Assembly (NCBI RefSeq): GCF_023266535.1
Contig: NZ_JAHFPY010000002.1
Location: 10,217-74,216, forward strand
Direction: 5' to 3'
Length of the DNA stretch: 64,000 nucleotides
Origin: Sphingomonas sp.
GTDB taxonomy: Bacteria; Pseudomonadota; Alphaproteobacteria; Sphingomonadales; Sphingomonadaceae
Of the stretch, positions 51,456-61,149 are shown in pieces. Each line of letters opens with the position of its first letter. Within the stretch, counting starts at the first letter, position 1. Under the pieces are notes generated by a model. It saw only the letters and a list, made by a program, of their open reading frames with translations. It was not told the origin of the DNA and did not search any database. A program made the position numbers and the translations under genes.

Positions 51456-52190
51456 CTATCTAAGCTCGTAGCTCATCGACAGGCTGACCTGCAGCTGCTG
51501 GGTGCCGGGATCGATCTTGGTGTCGGCACTGGCCGATCGCTCTGCCATCATCACCATCGGCATCGGCGGCGGGGCCGCATAGCCGCCGCTCTCGCTGACC
51601 GACAGCAGCCGGACGACCTGCATCCCCAGGGCCCGGGCGTAGAGCTCAGCCCGTGCCCGCCCATTGGCAATCGCCTTGGCGCGGGCCTCGTCGAGCGCCG
51701 CCTCCGGCTTGTCGACGGTCAGGTTGGGTCCGCTGATGGTGTTGGCGCCCTGCGCGACCAGCGCGTCGAGGATCGTTCCAGTCCGCTTCAGGTCATGGAA
51801 CCGGACGTTGACGCTGTTGCTCGCGCGATAGCCGGTGAGGCGCGGCGGCTGGTTCTGGTCGTACTGATATTCGGGATTGAGGCTGATCGACGACGTCTGG
51901 ATGTCCTTGTCCTCGATCCCGGCGCGCTTCAGCGCCGCACGGACCCGCTCCATCCGGGCCGCATTATCCTCGATCGCCGCGGTGGCAGTCGGCTGCAGCG
52001 TCTGCACGCCGGCCGAGATGATGGCCAGATCGGGTACTCGGGTCACCTCGCCGATGGCGCTGATATCCAGCCGGGTGCCGGTGAGCACCGGTACTGCCGC
52101 CACCGCCTGTAGCGCTGGCGCACTGGCCGGTATCGCGGCGGTTCCCAGCGCCAGGGCGCTCATCAATACGTTACGCATGATCTCTCTCAC
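51456..52190 (-). CDS. SIMPL (DUF541) domain periplasmic protein
   Basis: Signal peptide and the pattern of the 26-kDa periplasmic immunogenic protein family (GYRASNSVNVRF..., ISGPNL..., KIDPGTQQLQVSL). Confidence 0.8.
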   Translation of the reverse strand: MREIMRNVLMSALALGTAAIPASAPALQAVAAVPVLTGTRLDISAIGEVTRVPDLAIISAGVQTLQPTATAAIEDNAARMERVRAALKRAGIEDKDIQTSSISLNPEYQYDQNQPPRLTGYRASNSVNVRFHDLKRTGTILDALVAQGANTISGPNLTVDKPEAALDEARAKAIANGRARAELYARALGMQVVRLLSVSESGGYAAPPPMPMVMMAERSASADTKIDPGTQQLQVSLSMSYELR

Positions 52191-52194
52191 TAGT

Positions 52195-52234
52195 TAAAAG
52201 GCCACCGCCGCAAGCTGAACCAGCGGCGATGGCC
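52195..52234 (-). terminator. rho-independent terminator after the second YmgE-family gene
   Basis: On the minus strand: GGCCAUCGCCGC, a 12-nt loop, GCGGCGGUGGCC (one G-U pair), then UUUU. Confidence 0.65.
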
Positions 52235-52256
52235 CGAATATGAACAGCGATGCGAG

Positions 52257-52520
52257 CTACCCGCGCCGGCGAAGCACCAGGCGATAGATCAACAGAATCA
52301 GGAAGGCGCCGACGATCGCAGCGATGAAGCCCGCGGCCTCGCCCTCTTCATACCAGCCGACTGCCTTGCCGAGGAATCCGGCGAGCAGGGCGCCGGCGAT
52401 GCCGAGCAAAATGGTCACCAGGCAGCCGCCCGGATCCTTGCCGGGCATCAGCAGTTTGGCGATGCCGCCAGCCAGCAAGCCGATGACGATCCAGCCAAGG
52501 ATTCCGTAGTTTTCGATCAT
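52257..52520 (-). CDS. GlsB/YeaQ/YmgE family stress-response membrane protein
   Basis: 87 aa. ILGWIVIGLLAGGIAKLLMPGKDPGG is the family signature. Confidence 0.88.
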   Translation of the reverse strand: MIENYGILGWIVIGLLAGGIAKLLMPGKDPGGCLVTILLGIAGALLAGFLGKAVGWYEEGEAAGFIAAIVGAFLILLIYRLVLRRRG

Positions 52521-52743
52521 CCTTTGCTACCTCCCTGTGGTAAACCTCGCGGTCACCTTGCAGCACGCTCGTTTCAGCTTTGCAACAACGCGCGTCGGTG
52601 TAAGGGGTGCCGCCGTTCGTAGAAAAAGCCTTTCCACCGGCGGTTTGGCCAGTGCAGTTGCATGCGGTGACTTATTTGCGTAATACAGCAGCGGCAGCAT
52701 GGATTGCTGCTGCTCATTACGAATGGCGGGAAGAATGCGGCCT

Positions 52744-53919
52744 ATGAACCGGGAGTCCAGTTTCGCAAGCTCAGACACGCTGGTCGTGGTCGACCGGTCG
52801 ACGCGTCGGCGGAACATCATCATCGCGGTGATCGTGGGAATCGCGGTTATCGTCGCCGCCGTCATGTTCCTGGGCGGCAAGGGCGCCGACAAGGCGGGCG
52901 CCCCTGGCGCCGGCGGTCCCGGCGGCAATATTCCGACGGTAACAGTGGTCGTCCCGGGCCGCAGCCAGGTCGCGCGGACCGTCACCGCGTCCGGCGCCCT
53001 CGCGGCGCACCGCGACCAGCCGGTCGGCGTCGCCGGCGAAGGTGGCATGGTCCGCGCAGTGCTGGTCGATGCCGGCACGTGGGTCCGCCAGGGCCAGGCA
53101 CTGGCGACGGTCGACCGTTCGGTCCAATCGCAGAACTTGAACCAGCTGGCAGCCCAGGTCCAGGTCGCGCGCGCCGACGCGGCGCTCGCCCAGAATGAAT
53201 ATGAGCGGAGCGAGGCGCTGGTCGGGCGCGGCTTCGTGTCAAAGGCAGACCTCGACCGCAAGAAGGCCGCGCGCGATGCCGCCAACGCCCGAATCCTGGT
53301 CGCCGAAGCCAATCTCAATTCAATGCGGGCGCAGGTTGGCCGGTTGGACATCCGCGCGCCCAAGAGCGGCCTTATCCTGGCCCGCAACGTCGAGGTCGGA
53401 CAGGTCGTCAACCCGGGATCGGGCGCGTTATTCCGGCTGGCCGAGGGCGGCGAGATGGAAATGCGGGCGACGCTGTCGCAGCAAGACCTTGCCTTCATTC
53501 ATGTCGGCATGCCGGTTTCCGTGACTCCAACGGGCACGGATCGCAGCTTTGCCGGGCGAGTCTGGCAAGTTGCGCCGGTAATCGATCCGCAGAGCCGCCA
53601 GGGCGAGGTGCGCATCTCGATCCCTTATGATCCCGCGATCCGGCCGGGCGGGTTCGCCGAAGCCAAGATCGAGGCAGGCACGACCACCGCGCCGCTGCTG
53701 CCGCAGAGCGCGGTGCTGAGCGACGAGCAAGGCAATTATGTCTATGTTGTCACGGCCAAGAATCTGATCGAGCGGCGCAACGTCAAGGTCGGCTCGGTCA
53801 GCGACCAGGGCGTGACCGTAATCGAAGGCATCACCGGCCAGGAATCGGTGGTGCTGTCGGCGGGTCCGTTCCTCAATCCCGGCCAAAAGGTCACGCCCAA
53901 GCGGCAAGCGGCCCGCTGA
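52744..53919 (+). CDS. RND efflux periplasmic adaptor (membrane fusion protein)
   Basis: N-terminal TM anchor IIIAVIVGIAVIVAAVMFL, a coiled-coil hairpin and beta-barrel motifs. Start taken at ATG 52744. Confidence 0.88.
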   Translation: MNRESSFASSDTLVVVDRSTRRRNIIIAVIVGIAVIVAAVMFLGGKGADKAGAPGAGGPGGNIPTVTVVVPGRSQVARTVTASGALAAHRDQPVGVAGEGGMVRAVLVDAGTWVRQGQALATVDRSVQSQNLNQLAAQVQVARADAALAQNEYERSEALVGRGFVSKADLDRKKAARDAANARILVAEANLNSMRAQVGRLDIRAPKSGLILARNVEVGQVVNPGSGALFRLAEGGEMEMRATLSQQDLAFIHVGMPVSVTPTGTDRSFAGRVWQVAPVIDPQSRQGEVRISIPYDPAIRPGGFAEAKIEAGTTTAPLLPQSAVLSDEQGNYVYVVTAKNLIERRNVKVGSVSDQGVTVIEGITGQESVVLSAGPFLNPGQKVTPKRQAAR

Positions 53920-53952
53920 GGCCAGTCCAGAGTCTAGCGAAGGCGAGCTGAA

Positions 53953-56900
53953 ATGAATTTCCGGAACATCTCGGCCTGGTGCATCCGCAACCCGGTCCCG
54001 CCGATCGTCATCTTCATCGGCCTGATGCTGGCCGGGATCATCGCCTTCATGGGCATGGAGGTGAACAACAACCCGGATATCGATTTCCCGGCAGCCCAGA
54101 TCTCCATTGGCCAGCCGGGCGCCGCGCCGACCGAAATGGAAAATCAGATCACGCAAAAGGTCGAGGCGGCGGTCCGCTCGGTCAATGGCGTCGACGAGAT
54201 CAACAGCTCGGTCCGCGAAGGCACCAGCAATACCTTCGTCCAGTTCAAGATCGGCACTCCGACCGACCGCGCGGTCAATGACGTGCGCGACGCGATCGCC
54301 CAGATCCGCGGTGACCTGCCCGACGGCATCCTTGAGCCGCAAATCAATCGCGTCGACATCGCCGGAGACCCCATCCTCTACGTCGCCGCCGAGACCACCG
54401 ACATGAGCCTGGAAGAGCTCAGCTGGTACGTCGACAATAGCGTATCGCGCCGGCTGCTTGGCGTGTCGGGTGTCGCCGCGGTGTCACGCGAAGGCGGAGT
54501 CGACCGGCAGATACGCGTGGTCCTCGATCCGGCGGCGATGCAGACCCAGGGCATCACCGCCGCCCAGGTCAACGCCCAGCTGCGACAGACCAACCTCAAC
54601 GCCGCCGGCGGCCGCGCCGAAATCGCCGGCTCGGAGCAGGCCGTCCGAGTGCTCGGAAATGCCCGTACAGCCTATGACCTATCGCAAACCGAGATCGTCG
54701 TTCCTGGCGGGCGGATGGTCAAACTGGCCGACATTGCCGAGGTCAAGGACGCCTATTCCGAACAGCGCACCATCGCCAAGTTCAACGGCCGGCAGGTGAT
54801 CAGCTTCAACGTCCAGCGCTCCAAAGGCTCGTCCGAAGTGACGACCTATGACGAAGCCTGGAAGGAACTGCGGAAAATCGAGAAGGAAGATCCGCGGATC
54901 CATTTCCGCGAAACCTTCAATGCTGTCGAATATACCAAGCTGCAATATAGCTCGGCGATGGAGGGCCTGTGGGAAGGCGCGATCCTCGCCGTCCTCGTCG
55001 TGTTCCTGTTCCTTCGCGACATTCGCGCGACGGCCATCTCGGCGCTGGCGATCCCGCTGTCGGCCATCCCGGCCTTCTGGTTCCTCAGCATGCTGGGAAT
55101 CACGCTCAATGGCCTGTCGCTGCTGGCGCTGAGCCTGGTCGCCGGCGTGCTGGTCGACGATGCGATTGTCGAAATCGAGAACATCGTCAGGCATATGCGC
55201 ATGGGCAAGTCGGCCTGGCAGGCGTCGATCGACGCCGCCGACGAAATCGGCTTGGCGGTGCTGGCCACCACCATGTCGATCGTCGCCGTGTTCCTGCCGG
55301 TGGCGCTGATGCCGGGTATCTCCGGCCAGTTCTTCAAGAGCTTCGGTTACACCGTCGTCGTCGCGGTGCTGATGAGCCTGTTCGTCGCCCGAATGATCAC
55401 GCCGTTGATCGCCGCCTATTTCCTTAAGGCACACGGTATTCAAGCGCACGCCTCGGGCAAGGCGATGGACAGCTACCTGGCGACGCTGAAGTGGAGCCTC
55501 GACACCAAGGGGGCCGACGCCGTGCGTGCCGCTCACCCAAACGCACGCGGCCGGTGGTTCTATTACATCATCGGCCTGCTGTACGTCCTGCTGCTGGTCG
55601 TCGCATTTGCAGGCGGCGCCGGTATCGCCTGGAAGCTGCTGGGCATGGTCGTCCCGTGGGCATTGCTGATCCTGCCGTTCGCCTTGGTGGCCGGAGCGGC
55701 GGTTTGCTACGGCGCGTTTAAGCTAATCGACCTGCTGTCCAACCTGGCCGGCGGCCATCAATATGAGCAATGGCACGAAGGGCGCCTGAAGGCGTGGCTG
55801 CTCGATCATCGCGTTTGGATGATCGGAGCCGGTACCGGCGCGTTCATCTTGCAGGTCGTCCTGTTCACGCAGCTCGGCATGCAGTTCCAACCGCCGCTCA
55901 ACCTCGATTTCTCGCAGGTTAGGGTCAACATGGCGCCGGGCTCGACGCTCGCCCAAACCGGGGCCAAGGTTTCGGAGGCTGCAGCGATCATCAAGAAGGA
56001 CCCGGACGTCGAGAGCGTGTTCGAACGCGTGTTCGTCGGCTCGGGCAATCTCAACATCGTCCTCAAGAAAGATCGCAAGCAGACCAGCACCGAGTTCGAG
56101 CGATCGCTGACGCCGCAACTTGCCAATATTCCTGATGCGCAGGTCAACTTCCTCAGCCAGACCGGAGGCGGCGGCGGGCGCGACATCACCCTGTTCCTGG
56201 GCAGCGACAATCCCGAATTGCTGTTCGCGACGGCCAACAAGATCCGCGACGAGATGATGACGCTCAAGGAGCTGCGCGCACCGCGCGTGCAGGGCGACCT
56301 GGCGCGTCCGGAGATCACCATCAAGCCGCGGTTCGACCTGGCCGCCAACCTGGGCGTGACCACCGCCGCGCTAAGCCAGACCGTGCGCATCGCGACAATC
56401 GGCGACATTGCCCAGAATAGTGCCAAATTCTCGCTGGCCGACCGCCAGGTGCCGATTACCGTCTCGATCTCGGAGAGCGCCCGGCGCGACCTGGCGACGC
56501 TGGAGAATTTGCCGGTTCCGACGTCGCGCGGTGGATCCGTGCCGTTGAAGTCGGTCGTCGAAATAGGCTTCGGATCGGGCCCGACCACGGTTCAGCGCAC
56601 CAATCAGATCCGCCGCACGCTGGTCGGTGCCGACCTGGCGCCGGGGCTAGTGTCCAGCGACGCCTGGAAGAAGATCGACCTGCTGCCGACGGTCAAGAAC
56701 CTGCCGCAGGGTGTCCAGCGTTTGAGCCTGGGCGACCAGAAGTGGCAAGCCGAACTGCTTTATTATTTCGCCATTGCCCTCATGTCAGGCGTGTTGCTGG
56801 TGTTTGCCGTGCTGGTGCTGCTCTACCGCCGCTTCCTCGCGCCGCTGGTCAACATGGGTTCGCTGTTGCTTGCGCCGCTGGGCGCGGCCCTGGCCCTGAT

Positions 56901-57345
56901 GGTGGCCGGACAGCCGGTGTCGTTGCCGGTGCTGATCGGCGTGCTGATGCTGTTCGGCATCGTCGCCAAGAACTCGATCCTGCTGGTCGACTTCGCTGTC
57001 GAGATGATGAACCATGGCATGCCCAAGGACGAGGCGATCTACGAGGCCGGCCACAAGCGTGCCCAGCCGATCGTGATGACCACGGTGGCGATGGTCGCCG
57101 GCATGTTGCCGATCGCTTTGTCGCTGACCGGCGATGGCAGCTGGCGCGCGCCGATGGGCATGACCGTGATCGGCGGCTTGATCTTCTCGACCATGCTGAC
57201 CCTGCTGCTGGTGCCGGCCTATTATTCGATCGCAATCGACATGGAGCAGTGGATCGCCAGGAGGTTCCGCCGCCTGGTCGACAATGGCGAGGCTCATGGC
57301 ATCCAGGCCGATCATCCCGGAGCAGCGCCGCTACCGGCAGAGTGA
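53953..57345 (+). CDS. RND efflux permease with enlarged central loop
   Basis: 1130 aa. The AcrB-family N-terminus IRNPVPPIVIFIGLMLAGIIAF and VDDAIVEIENIVRHM are present. An extra segment of about 100 aa with two hydrophobic helices lies between TM6 and TM7. Confidence 0.92.
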   Translation: MNFRNISAWCIRNPVPPIVIFIGLMLAGIIAFMGMEVNNNPDIDFPAAQISIGQPGAAPTEMENQITQKVEAAVRSVNGVDEINSSVREGTSNTFVQFKIGTPTDRAVNDVRDAIAQIRGDLPDGILEPQINRVDIAGDPILYVAAETTDMSLEELSWYVDNSVSRRLLGVSGVAAVSREGGVDRQIRVVLDPAAMQTQGITAAQVNAQLRQTNLNAAGGRAEIAGSEQAVRVLGNARTAYDLSQTEIVVPGGRMVKLADIAEVKDAYSEQRTIAKFNGRQVISFNVQRSKGSSEVTTYDEAWKELRKIEKEDPRIHFRETFNAVEYTKLQYSSAMEGLWEGAILAVLVVFLFLRDIRATAISALAIPLSAIPAFWFLSMLGITLNGLSLLALSLVAGVLVDDAIVEIENIVRHMRMGKSAWQASIDAADEIGLAVLATTMSIVAVFLPVALMPGISGQFFKSFGYTVVVAVLMSLFVARMITPLIAAYFLKAHGIQAHASGKAMDSYLATLKWSLDTKGADAVRAAHPNARGRWFYYIIGLLYVLLLVVAFAGGAGIAWKLLGMVVPWALLILPFALVAGAAVCYGAFKLIDLLSNLAGGHQYEQWHEGRLKAWLLDHRVWMIGAGTGAFILQVVLFTQLGMQFQPPLNLDFSQVRVNMAPGSTLAQTGAKVSEAAAIIKKDPDVESVFERVFVGSGNLNIVLKKDRKQTSTEFERSLTPQLANIPDAQVNFLSQTGGGGGRDITLFLGSDNPELLFATANKIRDEMMTLKELRAPRVQGDLARPEITIKPRFDLAANLGVTTAALSQTVRIATIGDIAQNSAKFSLADRQVPITVSISESARRDLATLENLPVPTSRGGSVPLKSVVEIGFGSGPTTVQRTNQIRRTLVGADLAPGLVSSDAWKKIDLLPTVKNLPQGVQRLSLGDQKWQAELLYYFAIALMSGVLLVFAVLVLLYRRFLAPLVNMGSLLLAPLGAALALMVAGQPVSLPVLIGVLMLFGIVAKNSILLVDFAVEMMNHGMPKDEAIYEAGHKRAQPIVMTTVAMVAGMLPIALSLTGDGSWRAPMGMTVIGGLIFSTMLTLLLVPAYYSIAIDMEQWIARRFRRLVDNGEAHGIQADHPGAAPLPAE

Positions 57346-57376
57346 CATCGCCGTTTGACTGACTAGACTGGCGGGG

Positions 57377-58645
57377 ATGACCGCGCCGCCGTCCCCGCCT
57401 GCCCTCGCGCGCTTCAATGCGGCGCAATCGGGCGCAACCGGCATGAAGGTGGCTGCCACCGGCCTGCTGGTGGTGATGGCGGCGGTGTTCGTCATTACCC
57501 GGCAGTATGAAAGCGCTTATCCATGGGTCGGCTACGTCAAAGCCTTCGCCGAGGCGGCGATGGTCGGCGGACTGGCCGACTGGTTCGCGGTCACGGCGCT
57601 GTTCCGCCATCCGCTGGGGCTGCCGATTCCGCACACCGCGATCATTCCGCGCAACAAGGATAGGATCGGCGAGGCGCTGGCCAATTTCCTTAAGGAAAAT
57701 TTCCTGGTCGCGCCGGTGGTGGCTCGCCGCATGCGCAACATCGACCTGGCCGGGGCCGTGGGTCGCTTCCTGCAGGCGCCGCAGGGGCAGGAAACCCGCA
57801 TCCGCCATGGCGCAAGCCGCCTGCTCGCCGACCTGTTCGAGAGTCTCGATGACGAACGGCTTGGCGGCCTGGTCAAGACCTCGATCGCCAACCGCATCCG
57901 CAAGATGGAAGTCTCGCCGCTGCTCGGTGCAGCGCTGGCCAGCGCGATCAACGAGGACCGGCATGTGCCAATGCTGGAGGCGGCGATCCGCTGGACCGCC
58001 CGGGCACTCGACGCCAACGAGGGGTTGATCCGCGACATGGTCCACAAGCGGGCCAATTGGGTGCTGAAGCTGGCTGGTCTCGACGCCAAGTTGGCCGATG
58101 CGATCGTCGATGGGCTGAGGAAGCTCAGCGCTGACATGCACACCGATCCTGCGCATCCGGTGCGGATCAAGATCGAGCAGGCGCTGGCCGACCTTGCCAA
58201 CGACCTCCAGACCAAGCCCGAAACGCGCGAGCGGGTCGAGGCGATGAAGCTCGAACTGCTCGACAACAGGTCGGTGTCATTGTGGCTCGACACGTTATGG
58301 CAGAAGGGCCGCGAGGCAATGATCCGCGCCGCGCGCAACCCCGATGCGGTGATGGCCGGCAAGCTCGGCGAAATCCTCCAGTCGATGGGCCAGAGCCTGG
58401 AGAATGACCCACGCCTGAAGAGCGCGATCAACATGTTCGCCCGCCGCGCGGTGGCCGGAATGGCGGCGAGCTATGGTTCGTCGATCGTCAAGCTGGTCAG
58501 CGAAACGGTGCGCCGCTGGGACGCCCAGACCATCACCAACCGGCTCGAAGCCGCGGTCGGACGCGACCTCCAATATATCCGGATCAACGGCACGCTGGTC
58601 GGCGGGCTGGTCGGGGTAACGCTGCATGCACTGGACGCGCTGTGA
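57377..58645 (+). CDS. DUF445 family membrane-associated protein (YjiN-like)
   Basis: GGLADWFAVTALFRHPLGLPIPHTAIIPRNKDRIG signature and C-terminal LQYIRINGTLVGGLVG. Confidence 0.8.
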   Translation: MTAPPSPPALARFNAAQSGATGMKVAATGLLVVMAAVFVITRQYESAYPWVGYVKAFAEAAMVGGLADWFAVTALFRHPLGLPIPHTAIIPRNKDRIGEALANFLKENFLVAPVVARRMRNIDLAGAVGRFLQAPQGQETRIRHGASRLLADLFESLDDERLGGLVKTSIANRIRKMEVSPLLGAALASAINEDRHVPMLEAAIRWTARALDANEGLIRDMVHKRANWVLKLAGLDAKLADAIVDGLRKLSADMHTDPAHPVRIKIEQALADLANDLQTKPETRERVEAMKLELLDNRSVSLWLDTLWQKGREAMIRAARNPDAVMAGKLGEILQSMGQSLENDPRLKSAINMFARRAVAGMAASYGSSIVKLVSETVRRWDAQTITNRLEAAVGRDLQYIRINGTLVGGLVGVTLHALDAL

Positions 58646-59067
58646 ACATTCAAATCCGCGAGGCGACGCCCGAGGATGCGGAAGCGCTTATCCCACTGAT
58701 CGAACTGCTGCGGCACAAGGTCACCGCCGAAGGAGTGCGCCAGCGCATCGAGCAGATCGCCTCGCATGATTGTCCCCAACTGGTCGCTGACGACAATGGA
58801 ACGGTGGTCGGGCTATGCGGGTTGCATGTGATGACTGCCCTGCACCGCGAAAAGCCGGTTGGACGGATCACCATATTGGTCGTCGCTGAGCATTTGCGAG
58901 GCCGGGGCATCGGCGAGAAGCTGGTTGCTGCGGCGGAACAGCGCCTCCGCGCTGCCGGATGTGGGATGATCGAGCTGACCAGCAATGACTGGCTGGTCGA
59001 GGCGCACCAATTCTATGCCAAGCTCGGTTACCAGCAGACCAGCAAGCGCTTCGCCAAGGCGCTTTGA
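58642..59067 (+). CDS. GNAT family N-acetyltransferase
   Basis: 141 aa. RGRGIGEKLVAAAE matches the acetyl-CoA binding motif. 4-bp overlap with the upstream gene. Confidence 0.88.
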   Translation: MNIQIREATPEDAEALIPLIELLRHKVTAEGVRQRIEQIASHDCPQLVADDNGTVVGLCGLHVMTALHREKPVGRITILVVAEHLRGRGIGEKLVAAAEQRLRAAGCGMIELTSNDWLVEAHQFYAKLGYQQTSKRFAKAL

Positions 59068-59071
59068 ATGG

Positions 59072-59809
59072 CTAGTCCGCCATCTGCCAGCGAAGTGGAG
59101 CGGGCAGATCATCCGCGCTATAATCGACTTGCAGGACCCGGCGGCGACGCGGCGACAGCGCGCGCTTCGACGCATGCAAGATAGCGGTGCGATAGGCCCA
59201 GACATCCCCGATCTCGGCAAGACATTCGATGCAGCCGTGACGTTCAACGGTTTCGGCCAATCGGCTTTCGGGAATCTTACCAAGTCGATGAGTCCCAGGT
59301 GAGATCAGCAACGGCGCATTGTTGTCATCGACACGGTCCAAATGGATGCGAACCGTGACCATTCGTTCGATCAGCTCGAACGGCGGCTCAACATGGTCGA
59401 TGCCATCCTTCCGGTTCCAATTGTTGAAGCCAGGCACGTCCGCACGCTGACCGACTGCGATTGTCCGATCCTGATGCCAGCCCAGTGCCCAATTTGTGTC
59501 TGGATTTTTGTCGAAGAGGATGGCCCGGACTGGCTTCGCCTTGGAGCCGAGCCAATGGGCGGCAATTTTACCCACGATCCCATCCGCGCCGAGCCAATAC
59601 CTAATTCCATTCAAATCAGCCAAGCGCGATCCGGCCCTGCCCGCATCAACAGGCTCCAGCGCCGTCAGCAATGTAAGTGCTTCTGTTGGCTGCAAGGCGT
59701 GCCCGACTAGTTGCGCCCCGTCGCGCTCCAGCTGGAGCTCGGCCCTATCCGGCGCTGACACGTTCAATCGTCGCGCCGACCGCGCTGAGCTTCTCTTCGA
59801 GTCGCTCAT
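59072..59809 (-). CDS. phytanoyl-CoA dioxygenase (PhyH) family protein
   Basis: WHQD and HxD-type Fe(II)/2OG motifs (GWHQDRT, ...GTHRLG, ...ILHAS). The annotated ATG overlaps the murA 3' end by 65 bp. An in-frame GTG at 59761 would still overlap murA, so the true start is uncertain. Confidence 0.75.
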   Translation of the reverse strand: MSDSKRSSARSARRLNVSAPDRAELQLERDGAQLVGHALQPTEALTLLTALEPVDAGRAGSRLADLNGIRYWLGADGIVGKIAAHWLGSKAKPVRAILFDKNPDTNWALGWHQDRTIAVGQRADVPGFNNWNRKDGIDHVEPPFELIERMVTVRIHLDRVDDNNAPLLISPGTHRLGKIPESRLAETVERHGCIECLAEIGDVWAYRTAILHASKRALSPRRRRVLQVDYSADDLPAPLRWQMAD

Positions 59810-61028
59810 AGCCGCGGTCGAGGTGATAGACGCGAAGGACTTCGGTATCGCCTTCCGCAGCGAGCCCCGCGAGGACCAGGCTCATCGAGGCACGCAGGTC
59901 GGTCGCCATCACCTGGGCGCCCGTCAGCGGATTGCCGCCTTTGACGATCGCCGAGCGGCCGTGGACCTCGATATCCGCCCCCATCCGGCGCAGCTCGGGG
60001 ACGTGCATGTAGCGATTCTCGAAGATCGTCTCTTCGAGGAAGCTTTGCCCGTCGGCGACAGCCAGCATGGCCATGAACTGGGCCTGCATGTCGGTCGGGA
60101 AGCCCGGATAGGGCGCGGTGGAAATTGCCAGCGGCTTCAGCGGTTGATGCGCCGACACCTTCATGCCCGCGCCGGTGAATTCAATCGCCAACCCGGCCGC
60201 GGCGAGGCCGTTGGTGATTGCCAGCATGTCTTCAGGCCGGGCGCCGACCAGTTCGATCGAACCGCCGGTAATTCCCGCCGCGCAGGCATAGCTGCCGGCC
60301 TCGATCCGGTCGGGCATGACCTCATAATTGCAGCCGTGGAGCCCTTCGACCCCGTCGATGATCAGATGCGACGAGCCAATGCCCTCGATTTTCGCCCCCA
60401 TGGCCACCAGCAAATTGCAAAGATCGACAATTTCCGGCTCGCGCGCGGCGTTGAACAGCTGGGTCCGGCCGGTCGCCAGCACCGCCGCCATCACCGCATT
60501 TTCGGTCGCGCCGACAGACACTACGGGGAAACTGAAGTCGCCGCCGGGAAGCCGGCCCTTGGGCGCGACGGCCTTCACATAGCCCGCCGCCAGCTCGATC
60601 TCCGCGCCCATGCACTCGAGCGCTTTCAAGTGCAGGTCGATCGGCCGGTCGCCAATGGCGCAGCCGCCGGGGAGCGACACGGTGGATTCGCCGCTACGGG
60701 CGAGCATCGGCCCCAGGACCAGGATCGAGGCGCGCATCTTGCGAACCATGTCGTAGGGCGCGACGGTCGAGGCGATTTCCTTGGCCTCAAGCGTCATCTT
60801 GCGCCCGACCTCGCCTTTCTTGACCCCCGCGACCGAGGTCGAAACGCCGAGCTGGTTGAGCAAGTGCGAGAAATTGTCGACGTCGGCCAGCCGCGGCAAA
60901 TTGCCCAGCGTCAGCTTCTCGTCGGTCAGCAGCGCGCAGGGAAGCAGCGCCAGCGCGCTGTTCTTTGCACCCGAGATCGGGATCTTGCCTTCGAGGCGCT
61001 TACCGCCGGTAATGCGAATGGAGTCCAT
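59745..61028 (-). CDS. murA: UDP-N-acetylglucosamine 1-carboxyvinyltransferase
   Basis: [26 protein letters not shown], plus the catalytic Cys region [15 protein letters not shown]. Confidence 0.96.
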   Translation of the reverse strand: MDSIRITGGKRLEGKIPISGAKNSALALLPCALLTDEKLTLGNLPRLADVDNFSHLLNQLGVSTSVAGVKKGEVGRKMTLEAKEIASTVAPYDMVRKMRASILVLGPMLARSGESTVSLPGGCAIGDRPIDLHLKALECMGAEIELAAGYVKAVAPKGRLPGGDFSFPVVSVGATENAVMAAVLATGRTQLFNAAREPEIVDLCNLLVAMGAKIEGIGSSHLIIDGVEGLHGCNYEVMPDRIEAGSYACAAGITGGSIELVGARPEDMLAITNGLAAAGLAIEFTGAGMKVSAHQPLKPLAISTAPYPGFPTDMQAQFMAMLAVADGQSFLEETIFENRYMHVPELRRMGADIEVHGRSAIVKGGNPLTGAQVMATDLRASMSLVLAGLAAEGDTEVLRVYHLDRGYERLEEKLSAVGATIERVSAG

Positions 61029-61048
61029 CGGCGCGCTTTAGCGCACAT

Positions 61049-61146
61049 CCCCTCCCTTTCAAGGGAGGGGCGACTCAACATGGTTGAGCGGGGGTGGGTG
61101 AAAACTAGCCGCCCCCACCCCCAACCCCTCCCCTAAAGGAGAGGGG
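61049..61146. repeat. cluster of four GC-rich hairpins between clpS and murA
   Basis: Four hairpins. 61049-61070: CCCCTCCCT-TTCA-AGGGAGGGG. 61074-61088: CTCAAC-ATG-GTTGAG. 61090-61122: GGGGGTGGG, a 15-nt loop, CCCACCCCC. 61125-61146: CCCCTCCCC-TAAA-GGAGAGGGG with one mismatch. Confidence 0.75.
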
Positions 61147-61149
61147 AAG

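Noticed and set aside
52521-52700. EcfG-type promoter upstream of the second YmgE-family gene
   Set aside because: I searched both orientations for GGAAC-N16-17-CGTT. Only poor matches were found, with the wrong spacing or a degenerate -10.
56849-58156. 435-aa minus-strand ORF
   Set aside because: It is antisense to the end of the RND pump and to the DUF445 gene. The product is Arg/Pro-rich low-complexity sequence.
59496-61136. 546-aa plus-strand ORF (and the similar 61180-62460 ORF)
   Set aside because: These are antisense to murA and to clpS/phasin respectively. Their products are Arg/Gly/Asp-rich with no motifs.
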